From Microgenomates group bacterium (GTDB taxonomy: Bacteria > Patescibacteriota > Microgenomatia > UBA1406 > GWC2-37-13), in contig JBAQNT010000007.1 of NCBI GenBank assembly GCA_049304055.1, forward strand, positions 55,370-119,369: 64,000 nt of DNA. Reading direction: 5' to 3'. Each line of letters begins with the position of its first letter. The stretch's first letter is position 1. Below the pieces are notes generated by a model, which made no database searches, was not told the DNA's origin, and was given only the letters and a program-made list of their open reading frames with translations. The translations under genes were made by a program, and so were the position numbers. Positions 8,652 through 17,500 of this stretch are shown in pieces.

Positions 8652-10718
8652 TTATACACCGCCTAGTGTCGTGTCAACCATCATACGGCCGTCAACTATA
8701 TGGATACCCGCTTCCGAAACAAGCGTAGGATTCAGGTCTATTTCCTGGATTTGGCCATATGTATTCATGAGTATGCCCAATGAGTCAAGAAGCTCATAAA
8801 GCTTTTCTTCATCAACCGGAGCGGAACCTCTAAATCCTTGGATTATTTTCTGCACTTTAGACGAACGTATTTTTTTCACCATATATTCGAAAGAGAAAGG
8901 ATAGATAAAACTAACCGCAGTTTTTAGTAGCTCTGCATATATCCCGCCCAATCCCAAGAGGAGTACTATGCCAAATTGTCGATCCCGTTTTGCTCCGATG
9001 ATCAACTCACTTCCCTTCATCATCTTCTGTAGATACACATGTGGTTCGTTTGTCGTTTCAGCAAGATCCCTATACTCATGTACCAATTCTTGTTCGTTTT
9101 GGATATTTACACGCACTCCTTTTACCTCTGTCTTATGCGTAATGGTCTCTGATGCTATTTTCATGACGATTGGATAGCCTATCTCATTTCCCAGTCGTAG
9201 AACTTCTTCGGGAGACGATGCTTGGATGAGTGAGACTGGCGAGATATTAGCACTCATGAGGACCGTATTTGTTTCAGATGGCGTCAGCACATTCTTTTTT
9301 GGTATTGATACGCGTTTTTGTGGTTCTATTTCCTTTTTGGTATGAATGACTTGGTGTTGGATGTGGTCCTGGTAATGCGTTATTTTTGCCAAAGCAGACG
9401 GAAGGAAGTCATAGGTAAAAAAGCTTGCCATCTTTTCTTTCTCAAAGAGAAAGTGGGACTGTCCTACCGATTTTTCTCCCATGAAAATGGGGAATATGGG
9501 TTTTGAGAAAGAAGATTGTGCCTCAGTCAATGCTTTTGCCGTCTCTTCCACCTCCGTGTTTGCCTGTGGTGTAAGCATCACGATTACTCCTCCTATGTGC
9601 TTTTGTTGTATCGTTGCCGCAATTGCCTGGCGGTAATGGAAGGCACTCGCGTCTCCCAGGAGGTCAATGGGGTTATGAATCGTAACCTTGTCCCCACCCA
9701 TATTCTTTTTTATCGTCTCTTTCACATCCTCCGGTACGGTCACGAGCTCTAATCCATTTTTAATAAGTTCGTCCGTGAGCAATACACCAATACCTCCTGC
9801 ATTAGAAAGAATCAGTATGTCTTTTGATGTTGGCTGTCTTCCGAAACTGAATATCTTGAGTATCGACATGAACTCAAAGAACTGTCCAGCGCGAATAGCC
9901 CCACACTGTTCAAATACCGTAGAATAGACCATATCGTCGCCCACCATGCTTCCCGTATGGGAACCTGCCGCTTTTGATCCTTCAGCGGTTGATCCAGATT
10001 TCAGTATCACTACCGGTTTTATTTTTGTCGTCTCTTCCAGTATCCGTTTGAACTCCTCGCCCCGCTTCACGTCTTCCAAATACATCGCGATCACTTTTGT
10101 ATCTGGATCATCCTTCAGGAAAGAAAGCAGATCGCATTCATCCAAGACCGCCTTATTCCCCAAGCTCATGAAATAAGAAAAGCCAAAATTTTCATGTCCA
10201 ACCAGATAATCAACCATGAGGCTTCCCAATGCTCCAGATTGAGATATGAATCCCATATTACCCTTAGGAGCTGGATGCTTCAGGAACGTGACATTTGCCC
10301 CTGAGATGGTGCTCACGTATCCGATACAGTTTGGTCCAAGGAGAGTCATTCCGTATTGCTTACATTTCATAACCAAATTTTGTTCTTTTTGTGCACCTTC
10401 AACTCCAGCTTCTTTGAATCCGGCTGCATATAAGACAATGTTTTTTATGCCAAGCGTATGCAAATCGTCCAATAAATGCATAGCGGCGTCTGCTGGAACC
10501 GCTAAAACAACGAGGTCTATCGGTTTACCAATATCCGCGACTGTTTTATAGACTGGCCTATCGAACATTTTTTCATACTTGGGATTAACCAGATATATTT
10601 CTCCTTTGTAACCTTGTTTGATTATGTTTTCAACCACTAGATATCCTACTTTTTTGGGGTTGTCAGATACACCGATTATTGCGATTGAAGATGGATTGAA
10701 GAATGTTTGTAGTGACAT
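8652..10718 (-). CDS. ADP-forming acetyl-CoA (acyl-CoA) synthetase, fused alpha and beta domains
   Basis: N-terminal CoA-binding fold SIAIIGVSDNPKKVGY, a succinyl-CoA-ligase-like middle region with the GSHTGSM phosphohistidine loop, and a C-terminal ATP-grasp domain. Confidence 0.8.
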   Translation of the reverse strand: MSLQTFFNPSSIAIIGVSDNPKKVGYLVVENIIKQGYKGEIYLVNPKYEKMFDRPVYKTVADIGKPIDLVVLAVPADAAMHLLDDLHTLGIKNIVLYAAGFKEAGVEGAQKEQNLVMKCKQYGMTLLGPNCIGYVSTISGANVTFLKHPAPKGNMGFISQSGALGSLMVDYLVGHENFGFSYFMSLGNKAVLDECDLLSFLKDDPDTKVIAMYLEDVKRGEEFKRILEETTKIKPVVILKSGSTAEGSKAAGSHTGSMVGDDMVYSTVFEQCGAIRAGQFFEFMSILKIFSFGRQPTSKDILILSNAGGIGVLLTDELIKNGLELVTVPEDVKETIKKNMGGDKVTIHNPIDLLGDASAFHYRQAIAATIQQKHIGGVIVMLTPQANTEVEETAKALTEAQSSFSKPIFPIFMGEKSVGQSHFLFEKEKMASFFTYDFLPSALAKITHYQDHIQHQVIHTKKEIEPQKRVSIPKKNVLTPSETNTVLMSANISPVSLIQASSPEEVLRLGNEIGYPIVMKIASETITHKTEVKGVRVNIQNEQELVHEYRDLAETTNEPHVYLQKMMKGSELIIGAKRDRQFGIVLLLGLGGIYAELLKTAVSFIYPFSFEYMVKKIRSSKVQKIIQGFRGSAPVDEEKLYELLDSLGILMNTYGQIQEIDLNPTLVSEAGIHIVDGRMMVDTTLGGV

Positions 10719-10756
10719 ATATTCAGTGTACCATGTATCTGTACGAAGAAATGCTA

Positions 10757-12655
10757 CTAGTTTTCAATCAGTGCGGATAATGTCTTGATTACTTTTGCTC
10801 GCGCCTGCGCAAACTCTTCTGTCACCTTAAAATCATTTCCATCCACAGTTGCGTCGAGTAAGTCCATTGAATGGAATAGGGTGTTACCGCTCAGCGAAAG
10901 CGCATCAGTTACACGCTCCACCTTGCGCTTACCTCTAAAGAATTGGGCGTAAAGGACGTCTTTACTCATTTTTGAATAGTCAGCACCTGGGTCCTCGGTA
11001 AGTTCCATCATCGCCATGCGCTCCATACTACCAGGTGAATCGAGTTCCATATGTGCCATATCTTTCACGATATTGCTATAAAATCTCAGATCGTTTATCT
11101 TCAACATATTCCTTAAATTCTTATTTTCTTCTGTCCGCCAGTTGGAAACACCAAGCGGCACTGAAACTTCGACACCATTTTTCTCATAAATGGGGAATGA
11201 TGAGTGACCCATATCTGTCAACATTGCCTCTGTCTCACCCCCCAATCTCGATCCTTCACGCACCCCTATAACAAATGTTCCTCCAAACCGGGAAATGAAA
11301 AGCTTGCCGCGCTCTTCCGGAGGTATACATGACTTTATTTTTTTCCATACGTTCGTTATTGCATTGTCTGCATCAGCATAACTCATATGTTCATTCATCT
11401 CTTTCATGAATTTCAAATCAATAATCATGACGTTTGAGAAGTCTCCATGCTGAAGATGTTCCTGGAAGTCGAAACGGGTATAGATTGCCTCACCAATCAG
11501 TGGATCAAAGACGGATCGTTCTATCAGATTCAAGACAACCTCTTGGCGGGTTGTCCCCCCTCCGCTTTGATGGTCAAACAGATATGCAAGATCAAAGTAC
11601 AAGGCCAATTCGGGATGTTGTGACTGGATGAATGCTATTTTATCTTCAAAAGTCACCGTTTCCTTGGGATAAAGACTCCGTGAGGTTGGATAGTCTCTTT
11701 TATATGCATCCATATCGAAGTTTTTTCCATCTGTCGTGTATTTATTCCTTATTTTGATTAACTCCTTCGTATCAAGCAATAATCCTCGCTCAAAATACTC
11801 ATGGAACAGCATTTTGTCTGTCTCATCTTGAGGAATTTCTATCCACTTTGCTTTTTTTCCGTCCGGATTCTTTTTTAATCGGATGCTGTCCTCTTCTATG
11901 ATAAAATCCTTTCCTTCGGGCCGACGGTAATATCCCTTCTGCTCTCCCAAATGTCTTTCTATCGCTTCCAATATCCGTTCCTTTTGGTTCTGTGTATAGT
12001 TCCCGATAAGAGCAAACATGAATTCATCTCCTCCATATCTTCCTACCTCATAAGACAACTTTGAATTGTCGCGTAGCCCGATTGTCGGATCATTCCAGAC
12101 CTCATGAAGAGCACTACGCAGGGCAAAAGCAGCTTTGTTAATAAGCACGTCGCCTGGATTATGCTTTTGTCCTTCTAGATTAAAGTCGGCACTGCGCAAA
12201 TCCTGCAGATCGATGAGACCTATCTCAACCTGACTCCCTTGTGCATCATGTTCGAGAAGATTGTTTATGAGTGAAGCGCGAGAATGGATCGGCACTGGTT
12301 CAGAAGTGTATGTCACCTTTTCCATTGCTCCATCCTTGTTTTTTGCCGTAAACGTACAATCAACTTTTCTGTTGGTTCCAGCATCAAAAACATGGTCAAA
12401 CAATCCTTCAAAAAGTGCAGTTGCGTTCTCCACACCCTCAGATTCTGGATCTTTCAATATATCTATCTGACTCTTAAAAAGCCTATGCAGTGCCTTTTTT
12501 TCTTCACTGTTGCCAAGTACCTTCATCTGTCTCTCAAACACATGACCGACTGCATGATTGTAGGAATCCAATCCTTTTATTGGCATAATACCCTGTTCCT
12601 GAGCTAGTTGTAATTTGGTAAGGACACTTGCGATGTCCGCGACATATTCTGCCAT
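10757..12655 (-). CDS. Protein with two tandem GGDEF-like (palm) domains, one intact (GGDEF) and one degenerate (GGTF)
   Basis: VGRYGGDEFMFAL is encoded at about 12014-12052. The second domain has DPLIGEAIYTRFDFQEHL...MIIDLKFMKEMNE...ISRFGGTFVIGV. The track start at 12724 overlaps tkt. The ATG at 12655 (MAEYVADI) leaves a 46-bp divergent spacer, so the start remains uncertain. Confidence 0.6.
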   Translation of the reverse strand: MAEYVADIASVLTKLQLAQEQGIMPIKGLDSYNHAVGHVFERQMKVLGNSEEKKALHRLFKSQIDILKDPESEGVENATALFEGLFDHVFDAGTNRKVDCTFTAKNKDGAMEKVTYTSEPVPIHSRASLINNLLEHDAQGSQVEIGLIDLQDLRSADFNLEGQKHNPGDVLINKAAFALRSALHEVWNDPTIGLRDNSKLSYEVGRYGGDEFMFALIGNYTQNQKERILEAIERHLGEQKGYYRRPEGKDFIIEEDSIRLKKNPDGKKAKWIEIPQDETDKMLFHEYFERGLLLDTKELIKIRNKYTTDGKNFDMDAYKRDYPTSRSLYPKETVTFEDKIAFIQSQHPELALYFDLAYLFDHQSGGGTTRQEVVLNLIERSVFDPLIGEAIYTRFDFQEHLQHGDFSNVMIIDLKFMKEMNEHMSYADADNAITNVWKKIKSCIPPEERGKLFISRFGGTFVIGVREGSRLGGETEAMLTDMGHSSFPIYEKNGVEVSVPLGVSNWRTEENKNLRNMLKINDLRFYSNIVKDMAHMELDSPGSMERMAMMELTEDPGADYSKMSKDVLYAQFFRGKRKVERVTDALSLSGNTLFHSMDLLDATVDGNDFKVTEEFAQARAKVIKTLSALIEN

Positions 12656-12685
12656 GGGTGTAATTGTCTCATTGTACAGAAAATA

Positions 12686-12694
12686 TGCTACACT
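12686..12694 (+). promoter_or_regulatory. Extended -10 promoter (TGcTACACT) 7 nt upstream of the tkt ATG
   Basis: TGCTACACT at 12686-12694, with the ATG at 12702. Confidence 0.4.
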
Positions 12695-12701
12695 CAGGGA
12701 T

Positions 12702-14534
12702 ATGAATACAGTATCAACACTCATAACCCTTGCAAAACGCGTCCGTCACGGCATTATTACTTCCACCACATCGGCAGGATCAGGACACCCCTCTTCCTCC
12801 CTTTCTGCAGTTGAACTCATCACAGCACTTTTTTTTGGCGGATACTTCAAGCAAGACACCTCTAAATTTACATCGATCACGAACGATAAATTTGTCCTGT
12901 CTAAAGGACATGCGGCTCCTCTTCTCTACTCACTCTATGAAACAGCGGACGTGATAACAAAAGATGAACTATTGACTTTGAGGAAATTTGATTCGCGCCT
13001 ACAAGGGCATCCCACACCCGAAGTGCCATTCGTTGATGTGACGACCGGAAGTTTAGGTCAAGGATTGTCGGTTGGCGTTGGGATGGCTATTGGATTACAA
13101 CGTAAATCTAAAACTTCTAATGTGTATGTCCTTTTGGGGGATTCAGAATTCGCTGAAGGGCAAAACTACGAAGCCCTCCAGCTGGCTGGACACTATAAAC
13201 TTAATAATCTCATCGGTATCTTGGATGTGAACCGTCTTGGCCAACGAGGAGAGACACAGATAGCATGGGATACGGAAACATATAAGAAGCGTGTTGAGTC
13301 ATTCGGCTGGGACACAGAGGTTATCGAAAACGGAAACGACATGGAATCCGTTCTTTCTGCATTCGAAAAAAAGTTGGGTTCACCACGCACAAAACCGTTG
13401 ATGTTTATTGCGAAAACCAAAAAAGGTGCGGGCGTTTCTTTTATGGAAGATGCAGATAATTGGCATGGCAAACCCATTCCACAAGACAAATTGCAACAAG
13501 CACTTCAAGATATAGGAGATGTCGATTTTTCTGTTACCGGAACAATTGATAAACCAAAAGAAAGCGCGAGTGAGCGCATCGCAACCAAAAAACCTGTCCA
13601 ATTCAAGCTGCCAAATAGCGCAATGTCGACTCGTGAAGCATACGGACACGCACTTGCCGAACTTGCAAAGACAAATAAAGATATTGTCGCGCTTGACGCA
13701 GAGACATCAAACTCTACCTATGCTGAGTTTGTCAAGAAAGAAACACCTGACCAATTTGTCGAGTGTTATATCGCCGAACAGAATATGGCGAGTATGGCTC
13801 TTGGCCTTTCAAAAGTGGGATACGTCCCATTCGCATCAAGTTTCGCCGCATTTTTAAGCCGTGCATTTGACCAAATAAGGATGAGCCAATATTCACGTCC
13901 GAGACTGAACATCGTGGGGTCACATGCAGGCTGTTCCATCGGAGTGGATGGCGCATCCCAGATGGCGCTTGAAGATATCGCGATGATGAGAAGCATACGG
14001 GAAAGTGTCGTTCTCTATCCGTCCGACGCGATTTCAACTTATAAACTTACCGAACAAATGGTTGCAAAAACCGGCATCCATTATCTTAGAACGACAAGAG
14101 AAAAGACACCTCTATTATATGGAGTCGATGAACAGTTCCCAGTAGGTGGATGTAAAGTACATTATTGTGCAGATCAACAGTTTGATACCGTCATTATCAC
14201 CGCAGGAATAACGCTTCATGAGGCACTCAAAGCTCAAAAACAACTTGAAGAGAAGCAAATTCATACGGCCGTTGTTGATTTATACTCCATAAAGCCGCTT
14301 GATGGAGGAAAAATAAATGAACTACTGACAAAAGCAAAACACCTGATAGTGGTGGAGGATCACCATGAAGCAGGAGGCATCGGTGAGGCCGTCCTTACCT
14401 CAGTTGGACTTAAGAAAAGCATGAAGTTCACCCATCTATGTGTACGGAAAGAGCCTCGTTCAGGTAGCCCTGAAGAGCTTATGAGATATGAGGAGATAGA
14501 TGCGCAAGCAATCGTAAACGCGATCACAAAGTAA
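12702..14534 (+). CDS. tkt: Transketolase (610 aa, short single-chain form)
   Basis: SGHPSSSLSAVELITALFF, GSLGQGLSVGVGMA (ThDP binding) and DGASQMALEDIAMMRS. The track start at 12615 is a TTG inside the divergent gene region. The ATG at 12702 is preferred. Confidence 0.9.
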   Translation: MNTVSTLITLAKRVRHGIITSTTSAGSGHPSSSLSAVELITALFFGGYFKQDTSKFTSITNDKFVLSKGHAAPLLYSLYETADVITKDELLTLRKFDSRLQGHPTPEVPFVDVTTGSLGQGLSVGVGMAIGLQRKSKTSNVYVLLGDSEFAEGQNYEALQLAGHYKLNNLIGILDVNRLGQRGETQIAWDTETYKKRVESFGWDTEVIENGNDMESVLSAFEKKLGSPRTKPLMFIAKTKKGAGVSFMEDADNWHGKPIPQDKLQQALQDIGDVDFSVTGTIDKPKESASERIATKKPVQFKLPNSAMSTREAYGHALAELAKTNKDIVALDAETSNSTYAEFVKKETPDQFVECYIAEQNMASMALGLSKVGYVPFASSFAAFLSRAFDQIRMSQYSRPRLNIVGSHAGCSIGVDGASQMALEDIAMMRSIRESVVLYPSDAISTYKLTEQMVAKTGIHYLRTTREKTPLLYGVDEQFPVGGCKVHYCADQQFDTVIITAGITLHEALKAQKQLEEKQIHTAVVDLYSIKPLDGGKINELLTKAKHLIVVEDHHEAGGIGEAVLTSVGLKKSMKFTHLCVRKEPRSGSPEELMRYEEIDAQAIVNAITK

Positions 14535-14546
14535 ACTTACTCTAAC

Positions 14547-14580
14547 AAAAAACCTCCGATTTTCATCGGAGGTTTTTTTT
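14547..14580. terminator. Bidirectional intrinsic terminator between the convergent tkt and giant genes
   Basis: 10-bp stem aacctccgat/atcggaggtt with loop tttc, flanked by an A-run (14547-14552) and a T-run (14573-14580). Confidence 0.8.
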
Positions 14581-14591
14581 CATGTTAAATG

Positions 14592-17500
14592 TTATTGTGC
14601 GTTTGTTTGGCTAAATAAGTCTTCTTGTTGGTAATCCTTTAATCCCATATTGTTCAATAAAACAACTGGATCAAGGGATAAATGTTCAAAATTAAGCGTT
14701 TCTCCGGCTGCTGCATACCCGGCAAACCATTGCATGTATTTGAATGCACGTTTTCCCAGTTTTCCGTTTGGCGCAGAGACATTGTGGAAAAATTGCAAAG
14801 CAGCTGTCTTTTCTTCAGCAGATGCTGCAAGACGCTGATCAAGGTTTTTTCCATACGCTTTCGTCACATCACCATACGTTTTTAATTCTTCTACAGCATC
14901 GCCAGCAGCTTTATAAACCTGGTCTCTTATGGATTTAAGGCCGTCTATTTCAGCCTTTATCTGGTCGATTGCGATTCTATCTGCCTTCTCTCCCAAAGCG
15001 CTCATCTCATTTGTCAATTTTTCTTCTATGGCAAGGAGACTTTGCAACTCTAATCCACGTTTTTCCGCAACCGCCGTTCTCATTCCCATTATTTTTTCCA
15101 CCTGGTCGGCATCTCCCGAGATTATTTTGGTAAACATGTCAACATATGTCTTAACCAATGTCTCAACGCTTGTTGATGACTCTCCAAGACCTGTTTTTTG
15201 CATGATTTCAGCAAACTTTGCCATTACCTCAGTGCGCTGCTCCATCGTTATATTAACGATCTTTGCCAGTGAGCTAGCCATCGCTTCTGCACCGCTTTGG
15301 ATTGCACTAAGGACTGCTCCTGTCTGATTCCTGCTTACTTGGAACATATTTGGCTGTGTCATATTTCCCCCTTTTCCTGCACTTTTCTTTGCAGTTTCCG
15401 TCAACACATGGAGGAATTCCTGCATCGATTCTATTACTTTCACTTCAAAATTCTCTCCCCCTCCTGAAATACGGGCCTGTTTTACCATCTCCTCAAAGAC
15501 AGCAAACGATCCGCGTTCTTTCAGTATCTTTTCTAGGTCAGCAGCTGATTTCATTTGGTCTCTTTTTCCTTGAATATCCATTTTTGCCTCAAGTTCACTT
15601 ATCCATCCTTCACCTCTTGCCTTCAACTGTGCAAGCAGAACTGAATCCTGGCCTAAACCTTCAATACTGACCACTTGTCCGTTTTCGATACGGATAAGAG
15701 GTTTCAATCCACCCATCATTGTCTTCAGGGCTTCTTCATATTTCTTTTCGATAACAGTCAGTTCTCCAGCTAACTCATCCATGAGTCCACCAGTTTTGCT
15801 TAAGTATTTTTGTGCATTTCCTGGTATCTCATCCTGGTTGAATGTCGCGATATATGTGCTTAAGTCTTTTCTTCCCAAATCCTCCAAAATCTTTTTCATT
15901 TCTTTCTTCTGTTCTTCATCACCGAGTGCATAGGTTATACGGACGGCCTGTTCGATAAAGTTTCCCTCTTGGTCAACCTTCATGACGCCTCGTATTTTAT
16001 CCTTAAATTGATCGGTGTCTTCGTTCGTAACAATGGAAATCGCCATTCTCTTTCCACCTCTTCCCCCTAAGAACATGTATCCTCTTAACATTTCAAGAGT
16101 TGCGTCAACTGCCATCCTGGATGACTTTGTATAAATAAGCTGAGAAGCTGCCTCACTGCTTTCCGTTTGTCCCCTGAGGAGATCTCCTATATAGGTATGC
16201 TCTGGCACGACACCCGCACCAAAGGCAATTCCCGTCCAATTATGATGCTCAATCCATTTTATATAGTCTCCATAGGAGTTTGCTTTGGCGACAAATCCAT
16301 CAAAGAATTTGTGCATCATCTCATCTGACCACAGTGGCAACTCATTCTGCAGCACATGTTGCGCTGCAAGACGTATATCTTCATGGTATTTGTACGCACC
16401 TGACTTGTCATTATCCGTCAATATGTCGTGCAATAAATTGACATAGGCAGATCCGATTGTGCCAACCGCTTTAACATCTTCATTTTCTCCAAAATCCTTA
16501 AATGCTTTACCAAGTAATACCAAATGTGCCGCATTAACATCTGCAAGACTTGTTCGTTGTGCCTCGTTAGCACCTGTTGCAGGTCCTGACATCTCCAGAT
16601 CTTCAATCTGGTGGATGAGATTATATGCAAAACTTTCCCAAGCACTTCTCTTATCTCCATCTAAGGTTGTCCAGTCTTTATCGAACATGAAAGATGTTCC
16701 TGGCAATGTTGCAACCTGTCCGAAATCATCCAAGAATGCCAAAACCAACTCAAGAGCATTCTTTGAGTCTTCTGGCTTATCGCTCAATGGAATATCAAGA
16801 GCGTTCAGTATAATCTTTGTTAACGCTGGACTTACAGATGTTTCTGTATCTGCGTTAAAGAGATATTTACCTGTTGCCTTATAGACTTTATTTAGTTTTT
16901 CATACCATCTATCATCCTTCTTTTCATCTCGGAGAAGATTATATACCTGTTCACGGACCTTATTCCATTTTGATTGTCCGAATTTACGTTTATTCTTAAT
17001 AAGTCTTGTTCGCATTTCTCCTGTCACAGCAAGCTCCATAAGGATACGTGGACTGAAATTCCCCCATGCGGCAATTTGCTCAAGGATAGATAGTCTGTCG
17101 CCTTTTTTAATCATCTTTGATGATGTTTCGATTGATGATTCCAAACCATGCGTTGCGTTTGAGATAGATTTTGGATCTTGTCCAAAATCAACATCCTTTG
17201 CTTCTAGCGAGTTTACATCCTTTCCTTCATATGGGTTTTTTCCGGCAAATGTTCTGCCGAATTTTGCATACCGATAGCTAAAGAGAAGTTCAATACAAAG
17301 CAATTTTTCTTTTGGTATTACATTCTTTTCTGCCAGATTGGTTTCGATATATGTCGTAAAATCACCCAATCTGTTTCTGTTTGTAACACTCTCATCAATG
17401 ATTCGTTTTATGAATTCCACCTGTATCGAGCCTATCGTACGGACAGATTTTGCACCTTGATACTCATTTTCCCCAGCTCTTCTTTTTTCTCTCGCAGCAA

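Noticed and set aside
12615-12724. An apparent 110-nt head-to-head overlap of the tkt ORF (TTG at 12615) and the GGDEF-like ORF (ATG at 12724).
   Set aside because: It is an artefact of taking the longest ORFs. The tkt homology starts at the ATG at 12702, which has a TGcTACACT element 7 nt upstream. An internal ATG at 12655 for the divergent gene removes the overlap. The exact start of the minus-strand gene remains uncertain.
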